A stretch of 63,192 nucleotides of DNA, counting the filler, from Chiloscyllium plagiosum (lineage: Eukaryota): assembly GCF_004010195.1 (NCBI RefSeq). It is 4 parts of one record of this genome, joined end to end, with 100 filler letters (N's around TTAATTAATTAA, not from the genome) between each part and the next. Parts side by side here need not be neighbours in the genome. Positions count along the whole stretch, not along the records: positions 1 to 15,739 come from NC_057715.1; 3 more parts are not named here. The stretch is one strand, 5' to 3'. The notes under the pieces were generated by a model, which saw nothing but the letters and a program-made list of their open reading frames with translations, did no database searches and was not told where the DNA came from. Positions 1 to 12,745 of the stretch are shown in pieces; within the stretch, counting starts at the first letter, position 1; each line of letters begins with the position of its first letter. Both the position numbers and the translations under genes were made by a program.

Positions 1-220
1 TCATCCACAAACTCCATTAACAAACACATCGACCTGGACCCAATATACCGGCCACTACAGCCAATAGAGGAAACACCACAGAAGCGCTTCACAGGAGGCT
101 CCCAAGCACTGAGGATGTCACCTAGACAGGGGACGAAACGTTTGCAACAAAAACTTCCAGCTCGGCGAACAGAACCACAGCATAGAGCACCCAAGCTACA
201 AATCTTCTCACAAACTTTGA
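1..220 (+). mobile_element. Penelope-like element 3' end / pLTR
   Basis: Same family as the minus-strand RT/GIY-YIG element end at ~20020-20260 (aggaggctcc-aagcactga-gatgtcacct); contains a hammerhead-like core. Confidence 0.7.
109..142 (+). ncRNA. Minimal hammerhead ribozyme-like motif
   Basis: CTGAGGA-T-GTCACC tagaca GGGGAC-GAAA-CGTT; one mismatch in stem II. Confidence 0.5.
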
Positions 221-1077
221 TCAATTCATGGTTCCTAACAGTGTAATCATGTCTTTTGAAAATGTGTTTACAATTTGTTAGAAATACTGTCCAGAGGAAA
301 TTTGAAATATATACTTACTCTGTGGCTATGCCCAAGTCTAGATTCCCAATTGATTTTACATCAACATTGTTAACTTACTTTAAGTGGGTTAATGATAGCC
401 TTAAAACCTCAGCACCAGGAAAATCAAGGCTACAATAACCATTGGAATATATATCCTAAACCGGTGATATAAACTAGCCTATTCCCATAACTTTTCAGAA
501 ATGAAACTATGATTCCAGATTTGAAGAAGTAGAAATCACCATTGTTATTCAATTATACAGTTTTAATCATTAACACAGAAAGAGAAAAATATGTATATTT
601 AAAGGTCAGGTTTTGTATTTACTGATCTGAATCTTTGTTCTGATGTTTTGTTAGCAATGGTCCAAAACATTTGAGAATAATTTGTGTCAATGTTACTATC
701 AGTCAGTAATTCAAAAGGCATTGGACTCAATTTATTGCTTTGTTGATCTCTTCGTACACATTTGTGTAATCTTGGTAGCCTACTGCAACTAAAAGATATG
801 CATCTCATTAGATGTTGCTTTATAAAAATTGTCTGTGGCTACGCATTCAGACAAGGCACGTTAATCTAAAAGTGGCTTTCTAAAATGTCATCAACCAGCA
901 GCTTCTTACTGATTAGACTGAATCTTGTGGGTTTTTTTGTTCAGATAGGCAGAGTTATGACAAGGCTTTTGAAGACATGCTTGCCATGAGGCCTGGCATG
1001 ATTTCGTACCGTATCCTACCAAATGCATCTTATTAACTACCATCCTGTGCCTCACATCTGATCCTAGCTCCATTTTA

Positions 1078-2175
1078 CCTTGGGGATGTTCGCCAATGGT
1101 TGCACAGTATTCAGCACCATTCGCGACTCCTCAGATACTGAAGCAGTCCGGACTCAAATGCAACAAGATCTGGACGATATCCAGGCTTGGGCCAACAAGT
1201 GGCAAGTAACATTTGTGTCCCACAAATGCCAGGCAATGATCATCACTAATAAGAGACACTCTAACCACCGCCCCTGGACATTCAACAATAGTACCATCAC
1301 TGAAACTTCCACTGTCAACATCCTTGGGTTACCATTGACCAGAAACTTACCACATAAATACAGTGGATACAAGAGCAGGTCAGAGACTAGATTAGATTCC
1401 CTACAGTGTGAAAACAGGCCCTTTGGCCCAACAGGTCCACACCGACCCTCCGAAGAGTAACCCACCCAAACCCTTTTTCTCTCTGAGTAATGCACCTAAT
1501 TGACAATTTAAGCATGGCTAATTCACCTGGCCTGCACATCCTTGGATTGTGGGAGGAAACCAGAGCACCCAGAGGAAACCCATGCCATGTGGGGATACAG
1601 CGGTGAGTAACTCAACTCCTGACACCCCAAAGTCTATCCACCATTTACAAGGCACAAATCAGGAGTGTGATGGAATACTCCCAACTTGCCTGGATGGGTG
1701 CAGCTCCAACAACACTCAAGAAGCTTGACACTATCCAGGACAAAGCAACCCACTTGATTGGCACCACATCTACAAACATTCAATCCGTCCACCACCAGCA
1801 CTCAGTAGCAGCAATGTGTACTATCTGCGAGATGCACTGCAGAAATTCATCAAAGATCCTTTGACAGCACCTTCCAAATCCAGGACCACTTCCACCTAGA
1901 AGGACAAGGGCAGCAGGTGCTTGGGAACACCACCACCTGGAATTTCCCCTCCAAGCCACTCATCATCCTGACTTGGAAATATACTGCCATTCCTACACAG
2001 TCGTTGGGTCAATATCCTGGAATTCTCTCCCTACTGGCATTGTGGGTTAACCCACAGCAAGTGGACTGCAGTGATCCAAGCAGGCAGCTCACCACCACAT
2101 CCTCAAGGGAAAATAGAGATGGGCTACCAAAGACGGCCAGCCAGTGACATCCAAGACCCACTAATGAATTTTAAA
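1078..2175 (+). mobile_element. LINE (CR1/L2 group) ORF2 3' part, degraded, with nested SINE
   Basis: MFANGCTVF..QQDLDDIQAWANKWQVTF..KCQ and MEYSQLAWMGAAPTTLKKLDTIQ RT C-terminal motifs. Confidence 0.8.
1386..1590 (-). mobile_element. HE1/V-SINE-type SINE, 5'-truncated
   Basis: (agatt)n tail and central V-domain-like sequence shared with the full copy at 11401. Confidence 0.8.
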
Positions 2176-2231
2176 AATTCCATCTTTCCTTGGGATGTTT
2201 CCAGAACAACTTGCCAATCAGCAGATATCTA

Positions 2232-2545
2232 GGGCAGCACGGTGGCTCTGTGGTTATCACTGTAGCCTCACAGCACCAGGATTCCAGGTTCAATTCCAGC
2301 CTCGGGTGACTGTGTGGAGTTTTCACATTCTCCCCGTGTCTGCGTGGGTTTCCTCCGGGTGCTCCGGTTTCCTCCCACAGTCCAAAGATGTGCAGGTCAG
2401 GTGAATCGGCCATGGCAAATTGCCCGTAGTGTTAGATGCATTAGTCAGAGGGAGATGGGTCTGGGTGGGTTACTCTTTGGAGGGTCGGTGAGGACTTGAG
2501 TCGAAGGGCCTGTTTCCACACTGTAGGGTATCTAATCTAATCTAC
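2232..2545 (+). mobile_element. HE1/V-SINE-type tRNA-derived SINE
   Basis: A/B-box-like head, central gtttcctccgggtgctccggtttcctcccaca domain, (atcta)n tail. Confidence 0.88.
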
Positions 2546-3269
2546 TGGAAGACCAGCCTCCACTGCATTTACACCATCTCTAAAAGTACTTGATGGGCAA
2601 GGGTTGGCAATATGGCATTGCCCCTGTCTTCACTCCTCACTGGGCATCTGCATTTTGTCCAGTAGGAGACCATCACATACAGGCTAGCAATTAGACAATT
2701 CCAACCAGGGGCATTTACTTACAGCCGCCAAAAAGGGGCAGAATGAAAATGAAAGAGGCTGCAATTCGCCCACACATTGCAAATCCAGTGCTGGATTCAT
2801 GACTTTTACAGTCCTACTGCATCCAGGTCTCATCGACTGAAACAAAGTGTCAATGAGGTCCTATCTGGCTTTGAGCACCCAGTGTAGCTGAGTTCTGACA
2901 TACACCAGCAGAGCTTTCTGCAGGTCAATACCTCACTTTTCCCCTCGATGACTGCTCCCTCTGGCCTGGCTCTATCACATTACCTTGCTGCCTGCTCCAA
3001 CTGAGCAGAGAATGTCAGGATTGTGTGCAAGCTTTGTCCAGAAATCATTAGAGGGTCCCCCTGCTTGGATCCAAGCTGGACTTTGCAAAGCCATGCTTCT
3101 TCATGTACTTGTCTCTTCAGTATCTATTGTACAGCAAACATGGATCTTGCAATCTCACCCAACAAATTGACACTGACTCATCCCACCTTGGACATTGTCC
3201 CAGTCACATCTAGAGAATGGGGGGAGTGATGGGAGAGAACACAGACTATTAACACCAGGTAACTCCTGC

Positions 3270-3928
3270 TTGGAGTCGAAAAGTGTGGCACTGGAAAGGC
3301 CCAGCAGGTCAGGTGCTTCCAAGGAGCAGGAGAGTCGACGTTTCAGGCATAAGCCCTTCATCAGGAATGTGGGTTTGGGGGGAGGGGACTGAGAGATAAA
3401 TAAGAGGTGGGGGGAGCTGGGGGGACAATTGCTGTACAGAATGGAAACAGACCTTTTGGTCCAACTCATCCATTCCACCCAGATATCCTAAATTAATGTA
3501 GTTCAATTTGCCAGCATTTGGCCCATATCCCTCTAAAGCTTTTGTATGCCTCACCTTCTACCTTGGGACCTTGGGACCTTCCAATCTCACAGATCAACAT
3601 CAATTTCACCGGTTTCCTCATCTTCCATTCCCCCAGATCCAACCTTCCAACTTGGCACCGCCCTCTTGAACCGTCCTACCTGTCCATTTTCCTTCCCACC
3701 TATCCACTCCACCCTCTGCTCCGACCTATCATCATCACCCCCACTTTCACCTACCAATTGCTTTTCCAGCTACCTTACCCCCAGTACCCCCCCACTCTCA
3801 TATTTATCTCTCAGCCCTCTTCCCGTTGATTATCCCGCTTCTCAGATGCTGCCTGGCCCTGCTGTGCTTTTCCAGCACCACACTCTTGACCCTGATCTCC
3901 AGCATCTGCAGTCCTCACTTTCTCCTAG
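3270..3928. mobile_element. Penelope-like remnant: inverted pLTR (-), CR1 tail piece, direct 3' end (+)
   Basis: pLTR motif ctgctgtgcttttccagcaccac..ccagcatctgcagtcctcac present in both orientations. Confidence 0.75.
3337..3364 (-). ncRNA. Minimal type-I hammerhead ribozyme core
   Basis: Minus strand CTGATGA-A-GGGC ttat GCCT-GAAA-CGTC. Confidence 0.65.
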
Positions 3929-5226
3929 CCCCTGCTTGGACCCTTTTTACCATTCACTTCCACCCATCCCCCAGGTGTGGAGACCCACCACATTGAACTT
4001 CACCTCCAATTGCCCTGTCTGCCCCGAACCCTGATATCACGTGGAAATAATGTTCCTCTATGCCCTCCAAAGCTGTTCTGCAGAAGTCCCATTCACCTTG
4101 TGTTTCCTTCCATTGCCATCCTTGTCACCACCTTCACACAAGTCTCTGTTTCCCCTTGTGACTCCACTACCCTTTTGACAGTGAAATCCCCCACGACCCC
4201 TACCCCCTGCTTGCACCCACCTTAATGATCAATGACCTATGACTGTATTAATTCCAGATAATTGAGTGACCATGAGAAGCAGCCTTGAGACATGATTGGC
4301 CACAGCCTTAATGGCTGTCCTTGCAGCTCCCTGCCTGAAGGTACCTGATTGCCCTGACTGCTGGAGTTGGCTCCAAAATACTGGCTGACTGACCATGACT
4401 GGCTCAAGTGGTTGGCTAATCCTTACACTGTATGCATGTTGTGCCCCTGACTGAAGCGACTGGAATTCCCTGACAGATAGCTGCACTGGCTTTATCTGCG
4501 CTCAGTACCAGCCTGTAGCCAGTGTCTGACATCGTCATTTGGATGAATTCATGTGTAGTGTGTTAGTGTTACAGGCAGCTGGGACAGGCTGTCAATGTTG
4601 GACTGAAGTCTCGGTACACCACACAGCAAGATGTGCCCCCAGCTACTGACAAGCATGAGCTGCAGCCTGTATGGTTATGCTAAAGAATACTTCAATACAT
4701 AGTACTGATTGTCTTTGGTGCCAATGTGCTTAGAGACAGAGCATGACATGGAGACTGCAAGAATGTGGGTAGATGCAAAGTGAGTGAGTGCCTAGAGGGG
4801 AAACAACTAATCCTATGGTTCAGCCTGGCCCACTGTCTGTGAGCTGGCTGTCTATCCCTGTGCACAGAGTGTCCCTGCTGCAGCCTGTCAATATTCATTG
4901 CTGGTGCAGGTCGATAGTTCCTGAGTGGCCTCCAATCTCCAGTGGATTGGAGAGATGCCATGATGGTCCTGAGGGGTTGATAAATATCAGATGCCAATGT
5001 GCATAGTCAAGGGGTGCTTGGGGCTGGTGCCTGTGGATTGCTGAGTGTTCCTGAGCAACATGGACCCTGTTTGCAGCCAGTGGTGAGCAGGCTGAACAAG
5101 CAACAATCACCCTAATTGACAACTTGTGGCATAAAAGATGCAGCAAATTGCTCCTGCCACAGATCTCACCTTAGCCCACGTTCATTCAGAACCCTGTAAG
5201 GTTTTACCCATTGTTTCTGATGATGA

Positions 5227-8200
5227 TATAATGATTAGAACGAGGTCAGCCAGGAGGACCTCATAGAAGAGATACTGGCCTTTGTGGGGTTATTTCCGAG
5301 GTGACAAGAGAAAAACGCGCCTGAAGAGATTCACTTGCAACAGTCATCTTTGAATTAGGTTAGGCATTTCTGGAATCATGCCACTATTTGGGAAGATTGA
5401 CTCGATCAATTCTGCCATCAAAGTCTGGGCCCAGTATGTGGAAAGGTTTCTTTCCAGGCAAACTACTTTGGGCCAGATTTAGAACAATGAATAATTCTCC
5501 AGACAGCTTTGTGGACTCAGAGCTTTCTCAGTTATTAGGAACCTAACATTCTCTGATACACCAGATACCTTTCAAGACGGATTTAGCTAAGGAATATTAC
5601 AACCTCAAGTTGCCTCTAATTCTGAGATGTCATTGACTTTACTCAGCAGTTCAAGATGCAATGCAATCCGTATCAGATTAAGATGGTTGGCAGAGGCTTG
5701 TAATTTTGGCTTAACCCTTAGTGAGATGCTGAGAGACCATTTGGTATGTGAGATTAATGATGTAACCATACAAAACTGCTTATTAGCTGAAGCCCATCTG
5801 GACTTCAAACAGGCACCACAACTGACTTTATCATTGGAAAATGCAGCAAGTGGAACTTACGAGTGACAGTGTATTTAGACAGAAGTGGACACCCTCACCA
5901 GGCCAGCTGAGCTTGGAAAACACTGCTGGCGTGAAGGCAATTGCATAGCCTCACACAGGACAGATTTTGAACAGAGGGAGTCTGTCAGCCCATAGCAAAA
6001 CCCCAAAGCAAAGCCAATCTGGCCAAATGGTTAAAATATTCTCGAGGATCTGGGCCAACAGGGCACTGTAGCTGCTGTCGGTATGCAGACTTGTGACAGC
6101 AAACTTGGGCCAAATTGAGTAAGAGAACTCACAGGTTGTTATCCAGGAGAGTGCACACCGTAGAAAGTCCACCTACAGCTGCTTTGGAACAGTTAAATTG
6201 CTTAGCAATGTCCAAATCAGAACCAATCAAAATGAGCATCTGGTTAAATGGTTACCCAGTTCTAATGGCGGTCGATGCCTGTGTGACTCTGTCTGTGATT
6301 GTGGGACTAGTCTTTATCAAAATTCACTTTGGGCTCCAACACTTAAGTTCGCATAAGACCACAACCAAGCTGAGAACTCATAGCGGGGAATCCTTACAGA
6401 TTAAGGTTCCAACTTCAGTTTCTGTCTCATCTGAGAAGCAGTTGGTTCCGTTACCACTGATTGCAGTAAAAGGCTCAGGCCCAAGCTTGATGAGGTGAAA
6501 TTGGTTGAGAAAGATTCATCTTGATTGGCTTAACATTTCTCAATGAAAAATCTCCTGCCTGAGTGAAGTCCTAATTAAATACCCGGACGTTTCACAGGAA
6601 GGTTGAGGGCCTATCAAAGAGGCCAAGGCCACCTTACACGATAATCAGGAAGCAATTCCATGATTCTGCAAGGCCTGCCCAGTGCCTTTTGCCTTACGGA
6701 CAAAAGTAGAGGCAGAAATCAGAAGGATGGAAAGTGAAGGAATGGTTAAAGCAGTCCAGTTTGCAGAGTGGGCAACACCAGTTGTACCGATTCTGAAGAC
6801 TGACAGGTCTGTTAGCCTTTGTGGGAATTTTAAACAAAGAGTGAACCACTTTTCACAGCTGGATAAATACCCAATCCCTTGCAGAGGGGGAATTATACAC
6901 AAAGCTGGCAGGGGGGACAGTCCTTCAGGAAGCTGGACCTGAACCATGTATACCTACAATTGCAATTAGATGAGGGCCTGAACACTGTGGTGTGTGGGAA
7001 GCAGTCACTCTTTGGTTTATTCATTCAGGGGACATGGTCTTTATTGGTTTAGCAAGTATTTATTGTCCATCTCTAGTTACCTTTAAGGTGGTGATGAGTT
7101 GCTTTCTTGAAACACTGCAATCCATTTAGTGTAGGTGTTAAGGAGAGAGTCCCAGGATCTTGATCAGACAACACTAAAGTGATGATAATATATTTCCAAG
7201 TCAAGACAGTGAGTAGCTTGAAGGGAAGCTTGCAGAAGTTGGTATGCCCATATACCTTCTAGATGGTCCTTCTAGATGGTTGTAGGTTAAGAAGGTGCTG
7301 TCTGAGGAGTCTTGATGAATTTCTGCAGTGCACCTTGCAGATGGTACACACTGCTGCATTGATACTGAAGGGAGGGAATGTTTGTGGATGTGGTGCCAAT
7401 CTCTCTCAATCCAAGGATGTGCAGGTTAGGTGAATCGGTCATGACAAATGCAGGCTTATAGTGAGAGGATTCCTAGAAGTATGCTACAATTAATTTTTAC
7501 AAGCGTTTTACCAATATACGAGATTGCCATTCGGGGTATTATCAACCTGACCATTTTCTAGTGGATGATGGAGAACACTTTACAAGGTCTACCCCAGGTT
7601 GCCATTTATCTGGATGACATGCTAATAACAGGGAAGACCTATACAGAGCATTTAGAGACCTTTGGCATAGTGCTTAGAAGGAAAGATATGTGTTCCAATC
7701 ACCCCATGTGACTTGGGCTACAGAGTCGCCAAGACCAGGTTACACTCATGGAGGATAGAGTAAGAGCAATCAAATGTGCTCTGGCTCCTATGACTCTACT
7801 AGAGCTTCAGTCTTTCCTTGGGCTGGTACCTCATATGTGATCGGGGACCCATACTCTGCTATTGAAAAGGGTCAGCCTTGGAAATAAATGGTCTCATAGC
7901 CAGAATGTAGCCTTTAGGGAAGTGAAGAAGCAGCTATCATCATCTAAGGTGATAGCCCACTGTGATCCCAAGCAAGATGTGATGCTGAGGTGCCGTAGCT
8001 CCCTGTGCACTATCGGGGTGGTGTTGGCTCACCGATGATCCAGTGCAGAGGAATTCCCGATGGCATATGTTTCCTGGACTTTGGCTGATGTTGAATGAAA
8101 ATATACCCAGATAGAGAAGGAAGGTTTGGCAGTCATCTTTGGTGTGAGAAAGTTCCACCAATACCTTTACGAATGTAAATTTGTAATAGTCACAGACCAC

Positions 8201-9256
8201 AAACCCCTACTAGGGCTACTCAAGAGGACAAGACAGTGCTGCCCATAGCTAGAGGTCAAATTCAGCTCTTATTCAATTACATGTCAGAACACTGTCAGTG
8301 AGGCCAAGTGGCAAATGTGGATACATTGAGCTGCCTGCTGTTGGCAGCTACACTGCCAGTGGTTCTACTACCAGAAGGGTCCATTCTGGTTTTAAACTTT
8401 CCAGACAGCCTTCCAATCACTGCTGACAATATCAGACTCTGGATGCAAGAAGATTCCCACCTCAACGAAATTGAACCAGCTGGTGGTGATGGGGACAACA
8501 ACAGGGTCATCACACCAAGAAATGAAACCTCTCTGGACCCGGAGAGACCAGATCACCATCGAGGACAGTGTAATATTATGGGGAGAAGAAGTAATCGTCC
8601 CAAGATATAGTTGCCACCCGTTGCTGGCTGAACTCCTCCAGGGTTTTCCAAGGGTTTCCAAAATGAACAAGCAGGTAGACCACATGAAAGCTGCAGTGTA
8701 ACAAACTGGACAGGAGCAAAATGTATCCACTCCCACTGAAGGCTATCAGAGCCCATTGATTCTCCCCCTCCACCTAGCATCAAAGAAACCTCTGAGGACA
8801 AGATGGACGCATCAGATGTCACAGCCTCGATGTCATTACCGCCTGAAGCAGAGGATGAATTTCTACTGAGATGCTCCAGGTACAAGAGGTAGGAAACTGT
8901 CTGGCATGTGTCACCAGTATCTGAGGCAGAGTTGGAGGAACCGGACCTGGTGCAAATACACCCCAGAGGAAACTACAGGTAAAAGAACGGGCCTACATCC
9001 CAGGACTTAGAGAAGGAGGGATGTAGTGATTGGAATGAGGTTCAGCCAGGTGGACCTCATAGAATATGAGTTCCCTGAGTGGATCAGATTAACAGCCTCA
9101 ATCAAGGAGTCTTGGCTGACAGATAAAAACAGGAATATCATAGGTTCTGCTCACTCTAGGATTCTACTCTGCTAGCTGCGTCAGTGTCATGTACTAAGCA
9201 CTTATAAGTAAAGGGTGACTTGGTGACAGGATACTGTCCTTTGTGGAGTTATTTCA
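5227..9256 (+). mobile_element. Degraded Ty3/Gypsy LTR retrotransposon (gag-PR-RT-RNaseH, integrase largely deleted)
   Basis: Internally deleted 5' LTR ~5227-5297; 3' LTR 9022-9256 (TG..CA) preceded by PPT agaaggaggga; LAEACNFG..LRDHLV gag; WATPVVPILK..LCGNFK RT; many stops and frameshifts. Confidence 0.9.
6976..7464 (+). repeat. Insertion in Gypsy pol copied from ~11085-11905
   Basis: Colinear with 11085-11905 minus the SINE at 11401; shares composite junctions. Confidence 0.8.
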
Positions 9257-9606
9257 GACTGCACTTCTACAACTTGTCACAAAGTTTGCTGACCAAAGCA
9301 TTAGACGTATTGTGTAAAAATGTTGCCCACTACCTCAATATAAATGTCAAAGATCATTGCCTTCATGGGAGTACATTATGATTTGGGGATCAATTGAATT
9401 AATCTCTTTAAATTGGTAGCATATAGTTTTCTGGTCATCAGACCACTTTGTTTTTCCTTTTGCTTTTAAACCTCTTTATTTTAAACATTTCTAGTGACAG
9501 TTGTTTGTCATGTTTATAAATTAAATAATATGGAAAGAAGGTCTTTGTCTTCATATGAAGAAGAGGTGTCCCTTGTTCAAAAAATCCAGTCTTTATGCTC
9601 CATGTA

Positions 9607-9827
9607 CAGGGTGAGCACCGTATCCATGGAATTGTTTTCCGCAGTTTCAGTTACCCACGGTTTACTGCGGCCCGAACATTTTATAGGGAACCTTCCAGAA
9701 CCAGGGACCAGAGGTTGCTGGGAAGGTAAATTTCCTATTTGCATGAGTGGGTTCACTCCTATCCGTGGTTTCGGGCTTCCAAAGTAAGTCTTGGAATGTA
9801 TGCCCCACAGGTAAGGGGGGTCTACTG
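9607..9827. mobile_element. Tc1/mariner (Tigger/pogo-like) non-autonomous element
   Basis: TA on both sides; right end reads cagtagaccccccttacc on -, left end a degenerate cag...tatcc TIR. Confidence 0.45.
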
Positions 9828-11109
9828 TATTTGATTTGGTAGCTGTAGGGAGTTTCCCCTTTATTTTCTTGATGAAAGGTCAGGGGATTCTATTCTGTTA
9901 TGTAGGATCAATTTTAAAAGAAGTCTTGTAATAAAAGTTTGAAAAAAATTACTGTTGTGTAAGGCCGCAAGGCTTTGGAGCATCCTTATAAATACGTTGT
10001 AGAGTTACGTTTTACGAGCAGAAAGACCACAGTGTGGCCTGTTTCTGTAAAATGTATTCTAGGGAGCTCTATTTGCTGTAATACTTTGTAGAGGTTTGAG
10101 AAGGTCACAATGACACTCGTGGGCTAGTCAGCCCATCTAATGCATGCTGGTTCTCTGTGGTTACTCTACAGTCAGACCCAGTTCTCCACTCTATCCCCAT
10201 ATCCAACAAGATTGCTTCACTCATGTATCCACCTAATGATCGTCATGAAAGAAAATTCTCACATCCCCCTGGATCTGCTGTCCAAAGCCTTAAAACCGAG
10301 GGCATGAAGGCAAGTAGGGGGACACATTGGAGATGCCCTAACTACATTTGTTTAGAGTTCCCTAGATACAGAAGTCATCCCTCTGGTTGGAAAATTGCAT
10401 ATGTCATTGAACACTTTTAAAAAGGAAAACCAGAATTACAGACCAGTTAGCCTAAAGTCTGAAGTGGGGAAATTGTTGGCGTCTATAATCAATGATGAGG
10501 TAACCGAACATCTTGAAAATTTTAATTGATCAGAGAGCCAGCTTGGATTCATGACAGATAGGTTAAAAGGAAACTTATATTTACATAGCACCTTTCATAA
10601 TGTTAGCTTTTCCAAAGTGGTATGCACAGATGTACATTTATACTTTCTGTTTAATATACAAAAACATGGCAGCCAATTTACAAACAGAGAGGTATCACCA
10701 GCAATAACATAAATCTCTAGATAATCTTTATTTTAGTGAGATTGTTTCTGGAATAAATATTTGTTATTGGCACCTTTTCTGCTTTGAATGAGTGTCATGA
10801 AATGATTTTATATTCATCTGAGAGGGTGTCCTTGGTTTAACTTCTGAAAAGCAGGATCCTGTCAGTTCTGTGATTACAGAAAAAGGAGCAGGTTGTTGTA
10901 GCATCTCAACCCCTGTGTTGGTATTCAGTAAGGTCATGGCTGATCTGTAGCTTATCCCCATCTGCTCACCTCAGTTCTGAAACTCTTATCAAATCCTAGC
11001 CTCAGCGGGGCTTTTGTGGTGCAATGTGGGAGACAATGTTTCCTATAAATTTCTGAACCCGATTGTCAGGCTCAAGTTTGAATCTGAGCACTGTCGGAAG
11101 CAGTCACTC

Positions 11110-12745
11110 TTTGTTTTATTCATTCAGGGGATATGGCCTTCATTGGCCAGTATTTATTGCCCATCTCTAGTTACCTTTAAGGTGGTGGTGAGTTGCTTTC
11201 TTGAAATGCTGCAACCCACTTAGTGTAGGTATTAGGGAGAGAATCCCAGGATCTTGATCAGGCAACATTAAAGCGATGATAATATATTTCCAAGTCACGA
11301 CAGTGAGTAGTTTGAAAGGGGAGCTTGCAGAAGGTGGTGTGCTCATGTGTCTACTGCACTACCCTTCTAGATAGGGGTGATTGTAGGTTAAGAAGGTGCT
11401 AGATTAGATTAGATTAGATTAGATTACTTACAGTGTGGAAACAGGCCCTTCGGCCCAACAAGTCCACACCGACCCGCCGAAGCGTAACCCACCCAGACCC
11501 ATTCTCCTACATTTACCCCTTCACCTAACACTACGGGCAATTTAGCATGGCCAATTCACCTAACCCCTGCACATTTTTGGACTGTGGGAGGAAACCGGAG
11601 CACCCGGAGGAAACCCACGCAGACACGGGGAGAATGTGCAAACTCCACACAGAGAGTCGCCTGAGGCGGGAATTGAACCCGGATCTCTGGCGCTGTGAGG
11701 CAGCAGTGCTAACCACTGTGCTACCGTGCCGCCCGTGCTGTCGGAGGATTCTTGGTGAACTTCTGCTGAGCGTCTTGCAGGTGGTACGCATTGCTGCACT
11801 GGTACTGGAAGGAATAAATGTTTGTGAATGTGGTGTCAATCTCTCACAATCCAGGGATGTGCAGGTTAAATAGATTGGCCATGAGAAATGCAAGCTTACA
11901 GGGAGAGGGTAGAGGGGTGGGTCTGGGTGAGATGCTGTTTGGATGGTCAGTGTGGACTCGATGGGCTGAATTCCTGCTTCTACATTGCAGGGATTCCATG
12001 GTTCTATAAGTGGACTGCTTTGTCATGGATGGTACCAAGCACCTTTAGTACTATTAGAGTTGGACTCATCCAGGGAAATAGGGAATATTCCAGCCTGCTC
12101 CTCGGATGCTGCCTGACCTGCGGTGCTTTTCCAGCACCAGTCTAATCTTGACTTTGATCTCCAGCATCTGTAGTCCTCACTTTCGCCACTCCTGGTTTGT
12201 GCCTTGTATATGGTGGACAGGCTGTGGAGGGTTAGGAGATGAATTGATCTCTACAGAATTCCTCACTTGTGTTGTGTACTTATAGCCACAGTGTTTATAT
12301 GGTTACTCTAGTTTGTAGTCAATGGTAACCCCGAGGATGTACTTAATGAGGGATCCAGCAATGGTAACGTAGTTGATTGTCAAGGCACGATGGTTAGATT
12401 TTCTGGCTGGAGGTGGTCTATGGCTGGCATTTATGTGATACAAATGTTACTTGTGACTCATCAGCCCAAACCTGATTATTGTCCAGGTCTCATTTGGTCA
12501 TGGGCTGCCTCAGTATCTGAGGAGTTGTGAATGGTGCTCAACATTGTGTAGTCATCAGCAAGCATCCTCACTTCTGAACTTAAGATGGAGAGAAAGTCAT
12601 TGATGAAGCAGCTGAAGATATTTGAGACTCTGATGCTACCCTGAGGAGTTCCTGCAGAGATGCCCTGAAACTGGAATGGTTGACCTCCAACAATCTCAAC
12701 CATATTCCTTTGTGACATGTATGACTCTATCCAGTGATCACCTGT
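11110..12745 (-). mobile_element. LINE (same family as 1078-2175), degraded, with nested SINEs and a pLTR fragment
   Basis: Minus ORF GTPQGSI..FSCFINDF..RMLADDYTMLS RT motifs. Confidence 0.8.
11401..11734 (-). mobile_element. Young full-length HE1/V-SINE with 5-bp TSD GTGCT
   Basis: CpG-rich intact copy, (agatt)5 tail, gtgct at 11396-11400 and 11735-11739. Confidence 0.93.

Noticed and set aside
945..1010. Possible + strand exon after tttttgttcag (RQSYDKAFEDMLAMRPGMI)
   Set aside because: No good donor and no resemblance to recalled MTUS2 sequence.
4240..5200. Several overlapping short ORFs
   Set aside because: No coherent protein; looks like old repeat debris (possibly PIF/Harbinger-related) that I cannot classify.
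11660..11734. tRNA gene-like A/B boxes
   Set aside because: tRNA-derived head of a SINE, not a tRNA gene.
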